A stretch of DNA of 64,000 nucleotides from a virus (lineage: Duplodnaviria; Caudoviricetes). This document shows positions 1-9,795 of this stretch, in pieces. The notes under the pieces were generated by a model. It saw only the letters and a program-made list of their open reading frames with translations. It was not told where the DNA came from and made no database searches. Position 1 is the stretch's first letter. Each line of letters starts with the position of its first letter. A program made the position numbers and the translations under genes. The stretch lies in the IMG/VR virus record IMGVR_UViG_3300049009_000874, positions 96,001 to 160,000 of that record; one strand, written 5' to 3'.

Positions 1-95
1 GCGAGGAGGTGGAGTCACAAAATAGGCGGCAAATTATCGTAATGTACGTATTGTTTTTTTTCTTGGTTTGTGTTAACTTCCGCGCTTAACTCGAC

Positions 96-1418
96 ATGGA
101 CCAAGGAGTGCAAATGTCAAAAGTAAAAAACGTGTTTCACTGTGATTTCTGCGAGAAGAAAAGCGACGCCAACAACGAAAAGATCGTAATAGAGAGCGCG
201 CCGACGTTAAGGGTGAGAAACGGCAAGCCGATAGGCTCGAAATCGTACATCTGCAACGACTGCATAGCGATGATCCACGAGACCGTGAGTCAGGAGGACT
301 TCGGGAAGCCAGGAAAGAAACCACGTGTCGACACGGCGGATCGACCCATCTTGTCCGTTGATCCAAGGGACATAGTAAAGCATCTCGACCTCCACATAGT
401 CGGGCAGGACAACGCGAAGAAGAAGTTGGCTATATCCGTCGCGAACCATTACAAGAGGATAAACCCTCGGATCATCACGAAGAAGCTTCCGAAGGGTATG
501 GAGGATGTCAGAATTGAGAAATCTAACATACTAATGATCGGTCCGACAGGTTGCGGCAAGACCCTTTTGGCTAAGACGTTGGCGTCACATCTCGATGTCC
601 CTTTTGCGATAGGAGACGCGACAGTCCTGACTCAAGCTGGCTATGTAGGCGAGGATGTCGAAAACCTCATAGTCAAGCTCCTCCACCAGACGAATTTCGA
701 TGTCGCCAAGGCTGAGCGGGGAATAGTCTACATAGATGAGGTCGACAAGATAGCGAAGACCTCGAAAAACATGTCGATAACCAGAGACGTGAGCGGAGAA
801 GGGGTGCAGCAGTCGCTCCTGAAGATTCTCGAGGGCACGGTTTGCAACGTGCCGCCACAGGGCGGTCGAAAGCACCCGGAGCAGAAGTTCATACAGGTCG
901 ACACCTCAAATATATTGTTCATATGCGGAGGCACCTTTACCGGGATACAGAACATAGTTTCTCGGAGGATTGGAGGCGGAAGCATCGGCTTTAACGGCAA
1001 TGACCACAAGAATTATTCAGAAACTGACATACTTAACTCGATTATTGACGAGGATATAATCGAGTTCGGAATGATACCCGAGTTTGTCGGAAGGCTTCCG
1101 GTACATGTTGCCGTGAGCCCGATGGACGAGAAGGCTCTTGTTTCCGTGCTTATGTGCCCTAAGAACGCGATACTCAAGCAGTACCAGAAAATATTGCTCT
1201 GCGACAACGTAGACTTGAATTTCTCGGATGGGGCTGTAAGGGAAATGGCCAGAGTCGCAATCAAGAAGGGAACTGGGGCAAGGGCTCTTAGGTCGGTGGT
1301 CGAATCGGTGATGACGGACATAATGTTCACGGCGTCAGACCACGCTGGGAAAAAGATAACAGTAGACGAAAAAACAGTCAAGAAGGTTTTCGATGACACA
1401 AACTACACAGCAGCCTGA
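96..1418 (+). CDS. clpX: ATP-dependent Clp protease ATP-binding subunit ClpX (start may be 114)
   Basis: C4 zinc finger CDFC...CNDC, Walker A GPTGCGKT, Walker [28 protein letters not shown] loop, GARALR. Confidence 0.97.
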   Translation: MDQGVQMSKVKNVFHCDFCEKKSDANNEKIVIESAPTLRVRNGKPIGSKSYICNDCIAMIHETVSQEDFGKPGKKPRVDTADRPILSVDPRDIVKHLDLHIVGQDNAKKKLAISVANHYKRINPRIITKKLPKGMEDVRIEKSNILMIGPTGCGKTLLAKTLASHLDVPFAIGDATVLTQAGYVGEDVENLIVKLLHQTNFDVAKAERGIVYIDEVDKIAKTSKNMSITRDVSGEGVQQSLLKILEGTVCNVPPQGGRKHPEQKFIQVDTSNILFICGGTFTGIQNIVSRRIGGGSIGFNGNDHKNYSETDILNSIIDEDIIEFGMIPEFVGRLPVHVAVSPMDEKALVSVLMCPKNAILKQYQKILLCDNVDLNFSDGAVREMARVAIKKGTGARALRSVVESVMTDIMFTASDHAGKKITVDEKTVKKVFDDTNYTAA

Positions 1419-1959
1419 AAAACAAGTGGTGTTCATTCCTCTGGATCACGGGAAGGTTGACGAGACAGTTTCATTTGCCGACAAACTCGAGGATCTAGGA
1501 TTGACTTGCTTTGTCGTGTCAGCCGACCCAAGCGAAGACGAAAAGGAAATGTTCAAAGGCAAAAAGTTCATTGAAGGCGACATAATAGCCGTAATACATC
1601 AATTCAATTTTCCCTTCTCGACGTTCGCCAGGTTGTCGACCAACCCTGATTCAGTCGATCCCAAGCCAAATTCGGCAGTTTTTCTTTCGGTTCTGGAAGA
1701 AACCTATCAAGTCGTAACGCCGATAAGCAGCATACCAATGAGAGTCAAGTTTTCCTCTCTATTCGACAAGGGAAGGATTTATGGGGTCGACCTAGTATGC
1801 GCCAGTAGCGAATTCTGGCAAAAGGCGCTCAGCGTACATGTCAGATGGAGATCGGAGGGGTTCGCGAGTCAGAACGCGACCTATTTCGAGTTGCTGTTCA
1901 ATTTCTGCGTTTCAATTTACGATATAGATGTTTCAATCGCGGGGTCAACCAATGCATAG
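1393..1959 (+). CDS. hypothetical protein
   Basis: 188-aa ORF overlapping clpX end, co-oriented. Confidence 0.7.
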   Translation: MTQTTQQPEKQVVFIPLDHGKVDETVSFADKLEDLGLTCFVVSADPSEDEKEMFKGKKFIEGDIIAVIHQFNFPFSTFARLSTNPDSVDPKPNSAVFLSVLEETYQVVTPISSIPMRVKFSSLFDKGRIYGVDLVCASSEFWQKALSVHVRWRSEGFASQNATYFELLFNFCVSIYDIDVSIAGSTNA

Positions 1960-2368
1960 ACTTTTGTTCGTGTACGGGACGTTAAAGCAGGGGCATCCAA
2001 GGTGCAAGCACCTTTCCGGGCAAAGATACCTTGGAACAGCCAGGACATCCCAGTCCTACTCGATGTACAAGGTTTCGAACTCCTTTCCGGGATTGGTCGA
2101 AGCCTTCACGAGCCATCCAGCCCAGAGGATATATGGCGAGATATACGAGGTCGACGAGAATTGTCTGGGAATCCTGGACGAGATCGAGGGCGTCAGCGAA
2201 GGGATCTACAAGCGAATGGACATAATGGTCGAAGATATAAATATGTCGAATTTGCCTATATTCTCGGACACTTTTCTTCAAGTCCACAGAAATACGGCAG
2301 AATGCTACATATATCAGGGCGACGTGTCCAATTTCAAGAATTGTGGCTTTATATGGCTTATGGATTAA
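1952..2368 (+). CDS. gamma-glutamylcyclotransferase (AIG2-like) family protein
   Basis: LFVYGTLKQG, IYGEIYEVD, LDEIEG...Y.R motifs. Confidence 0.9.
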   Translation: MHRLLFVYGTLKQGHPRCKHLSGQRYLGTARTSQSYSMYKVSNSFPGLVEAFTSHPAQRIYGEIYEVDENCLGILDEIEGVSEGIYKRMDIMVEDINMSNLPIFSDTFLQVHRNTAECYIYQGDVSNFKNCGFIWLMD

Positions 2369-2370
2369 AC

Positions 2371-2715
2371 ATGGAAATCATCATATTCGCAATTGTTTGT
2401 TTCTCCTTGCTGGTTTTTTCCATCATGTATCTGGCTATATCATCATTGGTTCTCGAAAACCAGAAGATGAGATCGCTCCAAAGCAGCACATTGTCCGAAT
2501 ATCTTGATCTGGCGACTATGGACCAGCTTTTCGAGGAGATAAAGAAGAGGGACCAGTCCCCCATCATATTGGTAAAGAAAACCTCAAGCGGCATACTCGT
2601 AGATTGCTTCAACATCACGCCAGTCATATCCGTGCAGATACTTGAATCTTCTGCCATCCTGGTCCGTGAAAAGATAAAGAGATCTATGGAGACGGGTTTG
2701 GACGGCATAGATTAG
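2371..2715 (+). CDS. hypothetical membrane-anchored protein
   Basis: ATG 2 nt after upstream stop; N-terminal hydrophobic helix MEIIIFAIVCFSLLVFSIMYLAI. Confidence 0.7.
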   Translation: MEIIIFAIVCFSLLVFSIMYLAISSLVLENQKMRSLQSSTLSEYLDLATMDQLFEEIKKRDQSPIILVKKTSSGILVDCFNITPVISVQILESSAILVREKIKRSMETGLDGID

Positions 2716-2729
2716 ATTTCACATTTGTG

Positions 2730-2758
2730 TTGCAAATGTTTATTTTATAAATTAAAAT
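2730..2758 (+). promoter_or_regulatory. sigma-70-type promoter upstream of sigma factor gene
   Basis: TTGCAA-N17-TAAAAT in AT-rich intergenic gap. Confidence 0.55.
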
Positions 2759-2792
2759 GACTTTCGGATATAAATTATAAGAGGAACCATTA

Positions 2793-3710
2793 ATGGTTAA
2801 TTTCTCCGAAAGGTTGGAGTTCGTTCATAGTTTCAATCATAGATTCTTCTACCATGTAGATTTCGAGAAAAGAAGAAAAGTAAAGACGATAGTGTCCGAC
2901 ATACCAGACAAGGGCAAGTTGGACGACGAAAGGGTCAAGGTCGCCAGCCTAAGGGTTGGCAACAAAAGCCCTGAGATGCGACCATGCTACGAAGAACCGC
3001 TCCTCACGAAAGACCAGGAATACCATTTGTTCCGAAAGATGAACTATTTCAAGTTCAAGCTCAAGAAGATGAAGGCTAGGATGCCAATAAAGCCATCGTT
3101 GAAGCATGTCGAGAAGATGGAGCTTTTGATAAAGGAAATATCTTTTTTGAGAAACCAAATAGCCAGCAGCAATTTCCGACTGGCTACGCACATATTGAAG
3201 ACCGAGTACCGTGGTTATGTGGACTCGATAGAGGCATGCATTTCGAACGCCTATATGGATGTAATAAAGAGCGTCGATTACTTCAACTACACGAAGGGGT
3301 TCAAGTTCTCAACCTATTGCGTCTGGGTACTCAAGAAAAACTTTTTCAGGTCGGCTAAGCTCAGAAGCATGAAGAAGCACGACGTTTTTTGCCTGGACGA
3401 GCTGCCGGAAGATGGCGTGGACGGCTTGAACAAACTCGACAACAACACTGAACTGCATCAAAGGGAGAACGAGTTGCTCGTGAAAAAGATAATAGACCAG
3501 ACAAAGAAAAGCATCAGGACCGTCGACGTGGAAAGGCAAATAATGATAATCGAACATTATTATGGAATAAACGGCAAACAAAGGAAGAACCTCCATGAGA
3601 TAAGCTGTATCCTCAACATAACGAAGGAAAGGGTGCGGCAACTCAAGGAGAAGTTCCTCAAGGAAATGCGCAACATAGTCGAACTAATGGGGTGTAGGGA
3701 TGTCATATAA
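2793..3710 (+). CDS. RNA polymerase sigma-70 family factor, planctomycete-like
   Basis: PLLTKDQEYHLFRKMNY (region 1.2-like), NFRLA, KGFKFSTYCVW (2.3/2.4), LNITKERVRQL (4.2). Confidence 0.92.
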   Translation: MVNFSERLEFVHSFNHRFFYHVDFEKRRKVKTIVSDIPDKGKLDDERVKVASLRVGNKSPEMRPCYEEPLLTKDQEYHLFRKMNYFKFKLKKMKARMPIKPSLKHVEKMELLIKEISFLRNQIASSNFRLATHILKTEYRGYVDSIEACISNAYMDVIKSVDYFNYTKGFKFSTYCVWVLKKNFFRSAKLRSMKKHDVFCLDELPEDGVDGLNKLDNNTELHQRENELLVKKIIDQTKKSIRTVDVERQIMIIEHYYGINGKQRKNLHEISCILNITKERVRQLKEKFLKEMRNIVELMGCRDVI

Positions 3711-4557
3711 GGTTCTGTTTGACGGGACATATTACGAGTGCCAGATGGCTTGGAGCGAAGGCTGCACTTTCCAGATCAAGGATTCGGAGATAAATTACCG
3801 AAAAGACCGTTCTATGCTGCAAAAGATCGATACGGAAAACAGGTTCATGTTCGCCTCCCTGTGTCCCGCGCCGGAAAACATCGACGTCACAGATGTTTTC
3901 GTTCTCGGAAAATGGCAAAGACCAAAGGTCTGGATGGTCGGCAGAGGTAAATCCGTAGGGGAAGCCGAGTCTGCCGCCTTCGAGCAATATGCCAAGGCTG
4001 CAAGGTGCGACCATAAATTCGCCAACAAGGACGACTCCGATTTGTCCGGCGACGGGGTATGCAAGATGTGCGGTACTTTCGTCACGGAACTTTTCCTCCA
4101 TCCCAACATCAGGAGCGCGAAATACAAAGCCTTGGCTCGCCATGACAACCAAATCCTGTTCGGCGACGTGATGCTGAAAAACCATTTGATGTCGATGACT
4201 CAGGAGATGGTTTTCGACCCGCACCTGTCACCGGCTAAGAAAGTCGACTTCATTTGCGCCGGGTGGCTTCACCACACGAACGGAGACATAAACTCCACGG
4301 ACAACGTCGACCAGATACTGAAGTTCTTTCATCTCGACCCAAGCACAAAACAAGAGTCGATGATACTACAGTATTACGATATAGTTGACACCATCAAGTA
4401 TTTATTGGTCGATCAAAATCAATCCTTGCTGGAAAAAACATTACAGGAATCAAAGGACCTATTGATTAGTTTCGATCGATACTCCATGCCGCACGCGCAC
4501 TTCCTTACCAGCTACATCTTGATGTGCGAACAAGCGATTCTAGTCGCAAGTTCTTGA
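3700..4557 (+). CDS. hypothetical protein
   Basis: 285-aa ORF overlapping sigma gene end; C-x-H...CKMC cluster. Confidence 0.7.
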   Translation: MSYKVLFDGTYYECQMAWSEGCTFQIKDSEINYRKDRSMLQKIDTENRFMFASLCPAPENIDVTDVFVLGKWQRPKVWMVGRGKSVGEAESAAFEQYAKAARCDHKFANKDDSDLSGDGVCKMCGTFVTELFLHPNIRSAKYKALARHDNQILFGDVMLKNHLMSMTQEMVFDPHLSPAKKVDFICAGWLHHTNGDINSTDNVDQILKFFHLDPSTKQESMILQYYDIVDTIKYLLVDQNQSLLEKTLQESKDLLISFDRYSMPHAHFLTSYILMCEQAILVASS

Positions 4558-4590
4558 TAGCCATAGGCTTAAAAAATATAATTTTTGGTT

Positions 4591-4619
4591 GTTTACTTCT
4601 GTATTTTTTCCTATATCCT
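4591..4619 (+). promoter_or_regulatory. early-type promoter (GTTTAC -35)
   Basis: GTTTAC-N17-TATCCT upstream of the 4687 gene; same -35 as at 16928. Confidence 0.4.
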
Positions 4620-4686
4620 TATCATAGCAAACGACATAGGGTCGTTTCGAAAAAATGGATTAGATACAGAAAGGTTTGGAATAGTT

Positions 4687-5559
4687 ATGGCAAAAAAGTC
4701 AAAATCGGAAGGCACGCAAGTGACCCAGAGCGTGACGGATGTCTTGGGAGGTCTCATGGCTTCTCTGCCCTTTGTAGCGCAGAAGGACAACAAGGACAAG
4801 AAGTGGCAGATCAGCCTGAACGCCGAAGACCAAACGGCTTTCACGAGATGGATCGAAGCCAAAGTCGTAAGCGAACCCGTCATGCAGCGACTGGAGAACG
4901 CGAAAGACCAGCTCAACGAGATATGCCTGCGGGAATTCGTTGGGGTGTTTTTCGAAAACAGGAGTCGTCCAAGCAACCCTCAGATAGTCGTGGCGAAGGG
5001 CGTCGTCGTAGACCACCAGGCGACATGGATGATGACCGACAAATTCAAAATACGTCTCCCGGATGTGCCGGATCATCAGGACGCCAAGACTGTATATGTC
5101 GCCGCGTTTGTCGCCGCTGGCATCCATCCTAACGACGCGGAAAACTTGGTAAGCAACGAGTTGCTGATAAATCCAGTCATTGGAGTCCGACCGATCAACG
5201 ACCTTCTCACCGGTCATTACGGTTCCGGAAGGGAATTCGTCCCGGCTACCGACACGGAGAAATCCGCGGGAAGAAAGCTTGCCGCGTTTCTCTCGGCATC
5301 ATCGCAGGTTACCCTTGACGCTCTGACCAACGAAGAGAAGTTGGTTCTGATCAGCAGGGACAGCGGTGTGAGCGTGAGATACGGATTTCTGGAAAGGGTG
5401 ACGAACTACGCGAAGTCAGCCGATGATCTTCTGTCCATTTTTCGCCTGATATCACCCGTCGTTTACCCGGCGTATCCAAAGTATGCCGTGAGCGACACGC
5501 CGGTTGACCAGAGCAAACGCAAGGTTTTGGCTGCAGCCGACATAATCGGAGCAAATTAG
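4687..5559 (+). CDS. hypothetical protein
   Basis: Likely start MAKKSKS; followed by hairpin. Confidence 0.75.
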   Translation: MAKKSKSEGTQVTQSVTDVLGGLMASLPFVAQKDNKDKKWQISLNAEDQTAFTRWIEAKVVSEPVMQRLENAKDQLNEICLREFVGVFFENRSRPSNPQIVVAKGVVVDHQATWMMTDKFKIRLPDVPDHQDAKTVYVAAFVAAGIHPNDAENLVSNELLINPVIGVRPINDLLTGHYGSGREFVPATDTEKSAGRKLAAFLSASSQVTLDALTNEEKLVLISRDSGVSVRYGFLERVTNYAKSADDLLSIFRLISPVVYPAYPKYAVSDTPVDQSKRKVLAAADIIGAN

Positions 5560-5571
5560 TTGAGAAATCGG

Positions 5572-5593
5572 ACTCGGGAGTGAACTCCCGAGT
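5572..5593 (+). terminator. stem-loop after 4687-5559 gene
   Basis: ACTCGGGAG-TGAA-CTCCCGAGT perfect inverted repeat; no clear U-tract. Confidence 0.5.
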
Positions 5594-5634
5594 TCAATTG
5601 ATAGGAAATCATTTTATTTTAGGAGTCTTTTTTC

Positions 5635-6537
5635 ATGAGTCACAGTATAGATCGTAATGAAATATTTATATCCTCGATCAGTGAAGCGCTGAAGTCGCTG
5701 CCAGAAACGCTACAGGAGGCGTTCCGAGCCGCGAGAAAGAAGGTCATGGACCAAACGCTCCTGAACCTGATCGAAATATCGGATGTCGACCAGCAGCTTG
5801 TGTACAACCACAAAGTCATGAGGCTGATGGAAATTTTGCGAATTAAGTCCAAGGACATAATCGAAGACCTCGATTCCAACTTTCAGTCATGGATCACGTC
5901 GCCAGATTGTTTTGGTGACAGCTATAGCCCTAGTGCGGACATGATCGTTCCGACCGCAAATCCAAATGACAACCAGGTGTTCGCGGCTATCAAGAAGAAT
6001 AAGCTCTACGTCACCAAGTTTTTCACGGATGACACAAATACATTCGAATATCTTCTGTCGTTCCTTATACATGATGGGAAATACGTGGCGAACAAGAGCT
6101 ACATCCAGATGGATCTTGTTCGTGAGTTCTGGAGATTCCTGTGCGACTATGTCGCCAGAAACAACTATCACGGAAGGTTTTGTTTCTCGCGAATCGAGAA
6201 GGCGATCAAGATTAGCTGGAAGAAAAACGAAGACAGGTACATCGGTGCCGACGGCGGTCACAAGGTGCCGAAGATGAGCACGACAAAGGCGAGGAACATC
6301 TTCAATTTCTTTAAGCGCTACAAATTGATCGAGAAGGTTTTGTGGACCGTTCTTGAGGAAAATCCAGAAAAACTTGGCAAAAAGAGACCTGGCTACAACT
6401 ATAGGCTTCTGGAGACAACCCCGGACGCGATTGAAAACACAATCTCCAGCCTTATCTGCCCTTCGGATCAATTGCTGTTTGGAGGCGAAACCATCACGCA
6501 CCCCAATATTGGTTCGAAAAATTCTGAAGTGATATAA
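5635..6537 (+). CDS. hypothetical protein
   Basis: 300-aa ORF with AGGAG RBS. Confidence 0.75.
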   Translation: MSHSIDRNEIFISSISEALKSLPETLQEAFRAARKKVMDQTLLNLIEISDVDQQLVYNHKVMRLMEILRIKSKDIIEDLDSNFQSWITSPDCFGDSYSPSADMIVPTANPNDNQVFAAIKKNKLYVTKFFTDDTNTFEYLLSFLIHDGKYVANKSYIQMDLVREFWRFLCDYVARNNYHGRFCFSRIEKAIKISWKKNEDRYIGADGGHKVPKMSTTKARNIFNFFKRYKLIEKVLWTVLEENPEKLGKKRPGYNYRLLETTPDAIENTISSLICPSDQLLFGGETITHPNIGSKNSEVI

Positions 6538-6568
6538 TTCGGATGGTTTTCGTAAATTAACTTGTTCT

Positions 6569-6601
6569 AAAAAACCGCAACATTTTTTGTTGCGGTTTTT
6601 T
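6569..6601. terminator. bidirectional intrinsic terminator
   Basis: AAAAAACCGCAACA-TTTTT-TGTTGCGGTTTTTT between convergent genes. Confidence 0.85.
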
Positions 6602-6611
6602 ATTTGTCTTT

Positions 6612-6962
6612 TCACTGATTGTGTTTGTAGCCCTGATTGAAATGTTCTATCCTATGGCAGTTGGCGCAGAGGATCCTGCACTTTTCTATTTCGTTCATTA
6701 TGGACTCGAGGCTGTATCCGTCCGAGGACATCGTGCTTATGTTTAATCTCTTTTTTCCCACATGATGGAAATCCAAGGCTCTTGGATGGCTTTCCTCGCA
6801 CAGCTCGCATTTTTTCGTCGACTTGTATTCCAGAAACTGATCCTTGATGACGCGTTCCCTTTTTTTTATTTCTGCGAACCTTTCGACTTTGTTGTTGGCG
6901 TACCATTTTTTGTGGTATTTTTTTTGGTATTTTTTTCTTTCCGATTTGTCTTTATAGGGCAT
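6612..6962 (-). CDS. HNH endonuclease-like protein
   Basis: CELC...LDFHH...EIEKCRILCANCHRIEH. Confidence 0.85.
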   Translation of the reverse strand: MPYKDKSERKKYQKKYHKKWYANNKVERFAEIKKRERVIKDQFLEYKSTKKCELCEESHPRALDFHHVGKKRLNISTMSSDGYSLESIMNEIEKCRILCANCHRIEHFNQGYKHNQ

Positions 6963-7189
6963 AGGACCTCGCCGTAATGTAGTTTACGATGGCAGTTGGC
7001 GCAGATTGGATCGCATTTCTTTATTTCTTCCATGATTTTTGCTTTCCCTGGAATGCTAGATATATCCTTATACTTTTCGCTTGGGTCTCTATGGTGAAAG
7101 TCTATGATTGCAGGATGGCTTTTCTCGCAATAGATGCAAGACAGCGATGATTTGATTTCGAAAAGCCATTCTCGCCTGCTTTTTCTCAT
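6866..7189 (-). CDS. HNH endonuclease-like protein (paralog of 6612-6962)
   Basis: CIYC...IDFHHRDP...EIKKCDPICANCHRKLH. Confidence 0.8.
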   Translation of the reverse strand: MRKSRREWLFEIKSSLSCIYCEKSHPAIIDFHHRDPSEKYKDISSIPGKAKIMEEIKKCDPICANCHRKLHYGEVLCPIKTNRKEKNTKKNTTKNGTPTTKSKGSQK

Positions 7190-7285
7190 ACATAATCATA
7201 AGATTCATTTAAAAATAAAACAAATGCAAATAATGTTTTTTCGAATTCTCTTATATTTTGTGTTTGAATAAATGAGGACGAATAA

Positions 7286-7996
7286 ATGATGAAGGTTTCC
7301 CAGAGAGTCAATTTCGCTGTCAGAATAGTGACATATCCAAGACCGGATGGCAAAACTCCCCTATTGTTGAGGGAAACCATAAAGTCGCTGAATAGGCAGA
7401 CATATGACAGGTGGACAGCCTATGTCGTCGGCGACATGTATACGCCGAACGAAGAGTTCGATTCTTTTGCCGAACTTTTCCCCAAAGGCAAGGCTAAACT
7501 CAAGAATGTCTGTATAGATCCAGAAAGGATGAAGTTCAATGACGACAGGAGAAGTTTCTTCGGAGGCATAAATGCCATAAATTTCTGCCTGGACTGGATA
7601 GCGGAAGACAACATGAAGCATGTCGCAATATTGGATCACGACGACATATGGCGAGACAACCATCTCGAGTCTCTTGCCGAAGCTTACCACAGATACGAGG
7701 ATCTGGCTTTCGCCTACACATCCGGAATACATGAAACCATCGGGGTCTTGCCAAGGCAGAGGTGCCCGACGATGGAATACGACAACCTGAAGCCGACGGA
7801 GGAGAACATGATCCACTCTTCCGCGTCTTGGAGGGTCGACCTTCTCCCCCTGCGTTATAGATACAACTACAGAGCTGACGGAAAACCGGTTTACGGAGAC
7901 ATGACGATGTGGGGAGACATGCGTTCAGCCATGAAGGAAAATGGGCTCAAGTGTATGTATATTGACAGAAATACCGTTTACCATGATGGGGTGTGA
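7286..7996 (+). CDS. glycosyltransferase, GT2/GT-A fold
   Basis: TYPR...LRETIKSLNRQTY..W..YVVGD, LDHDDIW. Confidence 0.85.
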   Translation: MMKVSQRVNFAVRIVTYPRPDGKTPLLLRETIKSLNRQTYDRWTAYVVGDMYTPNEEFDSFAELFPKGKAKLKNVCIDPERMKFNDDRRSFFGGINAINFCLDWIAEDNMKHVAILDHDDIWRDNHLESLAEAYHRYEDLAFAYTSGIHETIGVLPRQRCPTMEYDNLKPTEENMIHSSASWRVDLLPLRYRYNYRADGKPVYGDMTMWGDMRSAMKENGLKCMYIDRNTVYHDGV

Positions 7997-8541
7997 TGCT
8001 CAAGTCTATTTCGTATCAGATATCAGTTATCGTAGTTTGCCGCAACGGATTCGATTCGTTTCTCGGCTCCATAAATTCGGTCAGGAGAAACATCGGATTC
8101 GCCAAAAGCGAGATCATTGCGGTGAATGTCAACGACTGGAATGGGGAAAGGCAAAAGTTCGAGGGATTGCTAGGAAGCGGATGCTATTCCGGCATAAGGG
8201 TGTTTGAGTTCAATGAGGAAATTGAAAAAGTTACTCCATATTCCAAAGGCGTCAGCATTTCAAAATACAAGAATGTATTGCTGATGGATGACGATATGAT
8301 CGTCGTCACGCCAAATTTTGGGGAAAAAGTCATACACTCGATTCTCCAAAACAAGATCGTTAATTTGAGCCTCAAAGGAGGAGACTTCGATCCCGAGCGC
8401 TCGTTTGTCGATTGTCCATCGGGGGCATATGCAATGAGCAGGATGTTCTGGAACTATGACTACAAAACTACTCTCGAGTATTCCAAGCAAGGAATCAAGA
8501 CGTTTGTCGATCCCCACGTCAGTTTCTCCAGAATGGCTTGA
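7993..8541 (+). CDS. GT2-like glycosyltransferase (short)
   Basis: ISVIVVCRN, SEIIAVN, LLMDDDM. Confidence 0.65.
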   Translation: MMLKSISYQISVIVVCRNGFDSFLGSINSVRRNIGFAKSEIIAVNVNDWNGERQKFEGLLGSGCYSGIRVFEFNEEIEKVTPYSKGVSISKYKNVLLMDDDMIVVTPNFGEKVIHSILQNKIVNLSLKGGDFDPERSFVDCPSGAYAMSRMFWNYDYKTTLEYSKQGIKTFVDPHVSFSRMA

Positions 8542-9795
8542 TCAAACGAAAACAATGGATCCAAACTCAAAGATGTCCGGGGATAAAACCAGGCATTTGC
8601 CGTTTGACCCGATTCTCTCGTTGAAGCTGTCGTCCACAAGTATGCTGTCACTGTCGACGATTATCGATTTGCTTTCTTCCTTGCCAATGTGCATTATCTC
8701 GTCGAATATCCCTAGGACGCCAAGTTTCCTCATCTTGTCCTTCAAGTCTCCCGAATGCTTGCTCAGAACGTTGACCCGCATGCCTCTGTTCCTGCATTCG
8801 AACACGAACTTGATCAGGTTCGCGTTCACATTGCCGTTAACGCACAGGCAGTCATCGAAATCGACATAAAGTATTTTGTACCTGGATTCCAAAACCCAAA
8901 CATTAGAAAGAAACTTTGACTGCGTCTGACTCTTGCGCTTGTTTTCGTAAATCGAGCAATCTTCTCCCATGTGGTCAAACAGAGCCAGCAGGGACAGGTT
9001 GACCCCTCTCATCCTGGTGAGCGACGAGCATGACGCGATCCTCGTGTTCACCTCCAAAAGAACATGATTCCCAGACTCGTTCTTCTTGGTCTGGAAAAAC
9101 CACGGTCCGCGAAAGTCCAGTTTCCCGTTTATGATAGAAGCCATGTCTTGTAGCCGTATGTCTCCCGATTCGGAGGTTTCCACCGCCATTCCAGAACTTG
9201 TCTCGATTCTGGATCTCCCGAAAGAAACCAGAAGCTTCCCGTTCCTGTCGGTGAAACAGTCGACCGTGAATTCCTCCCCAGGAAGGTATTCGCAAGCCAC
9301 ATGTTCCGGGAATCGGTCTGACAAAACCTTAAGTTCGGAATCCGACCAGACCAGATGGCAGTTTTTTGAGCCGCTGCCCCTGTCAGGCTTGAAGAACAAC
9401 GGGAATTTCGGTTTTTCCTTGAATGAACTCGGAACTGGGATGTGGTCTCCGAGAACGGAGTAGGTCATGGATTTCGACCTCAACATCTCGTTCGTTTTGT
9501 GGTTTGATCCGATTGTCTTCCCGCGCAGCTTGCTCTTGCTCAGCGCAAGCTGCGCGTCATCGTTGGCTGCGTATATCACATCGATGGACTTCGTTTCCAC
9601 TATGTCCGCAATGGATTTGACGAAACCTCGTTCGAAAACATTCTTGCCGCCAACAACAAAATCGTCGAACAGGCAGCCCGACTTGTCGGGCTTCGATGAG
9701 CAGCCGATAAGGCTTATGTTCTTCTGCCTTATGAGGCTGTTCCGAATTTCCAGAGCGACTTGGCTTCCGCACGGAAACACCATCACTTTAGGCAT
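8542..9795 (-). CDS. ATP-grasp protein with C-terminal HAD-like domain
   Basis: FPLFFKPDRGSGS, CEYLPGEEFTVD, LLEVNTRI; C-terminal YVDFDDCL and LVDDSFNER. Confidence 0.88.
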   Translation of the reverse strand: MPKVMVFPCGSQVALEIRNSLIRQKNISLIGCSSKPDKSGCLFDDFVVGGKNVFERGFVKSIADIVETKSIDVIYAANDDAQLALSKSKLRGKTIGSNHKTNEMLRSKSMTYSVLGDHIPVPSSFKEKPKFPLFFKPDRGSGSKNCHLVWSDSELKVLSDRFPEHVACEYLPGEEFTVDCFTDRNGKLLVSFGRSRIETSSGMAVETSESGDIRLQDMASIINGKLDFRGPWFFQTKKNESGNHVLLEVNTRIASCSSLTRMRGVNLSLLALFDHMGEDCSIYENKRKSQTQSKFLSNVWVLESRYKILYVDFDDCLCVNGNVNANLIKFVFECRNRGMRVNVLSKHSGDLKDKMRKLGVLGIFDEIMHIGKEESKSIIVDSDSILVDDSFNERIGSNGKCLVLSPDIFEFGSIVFV

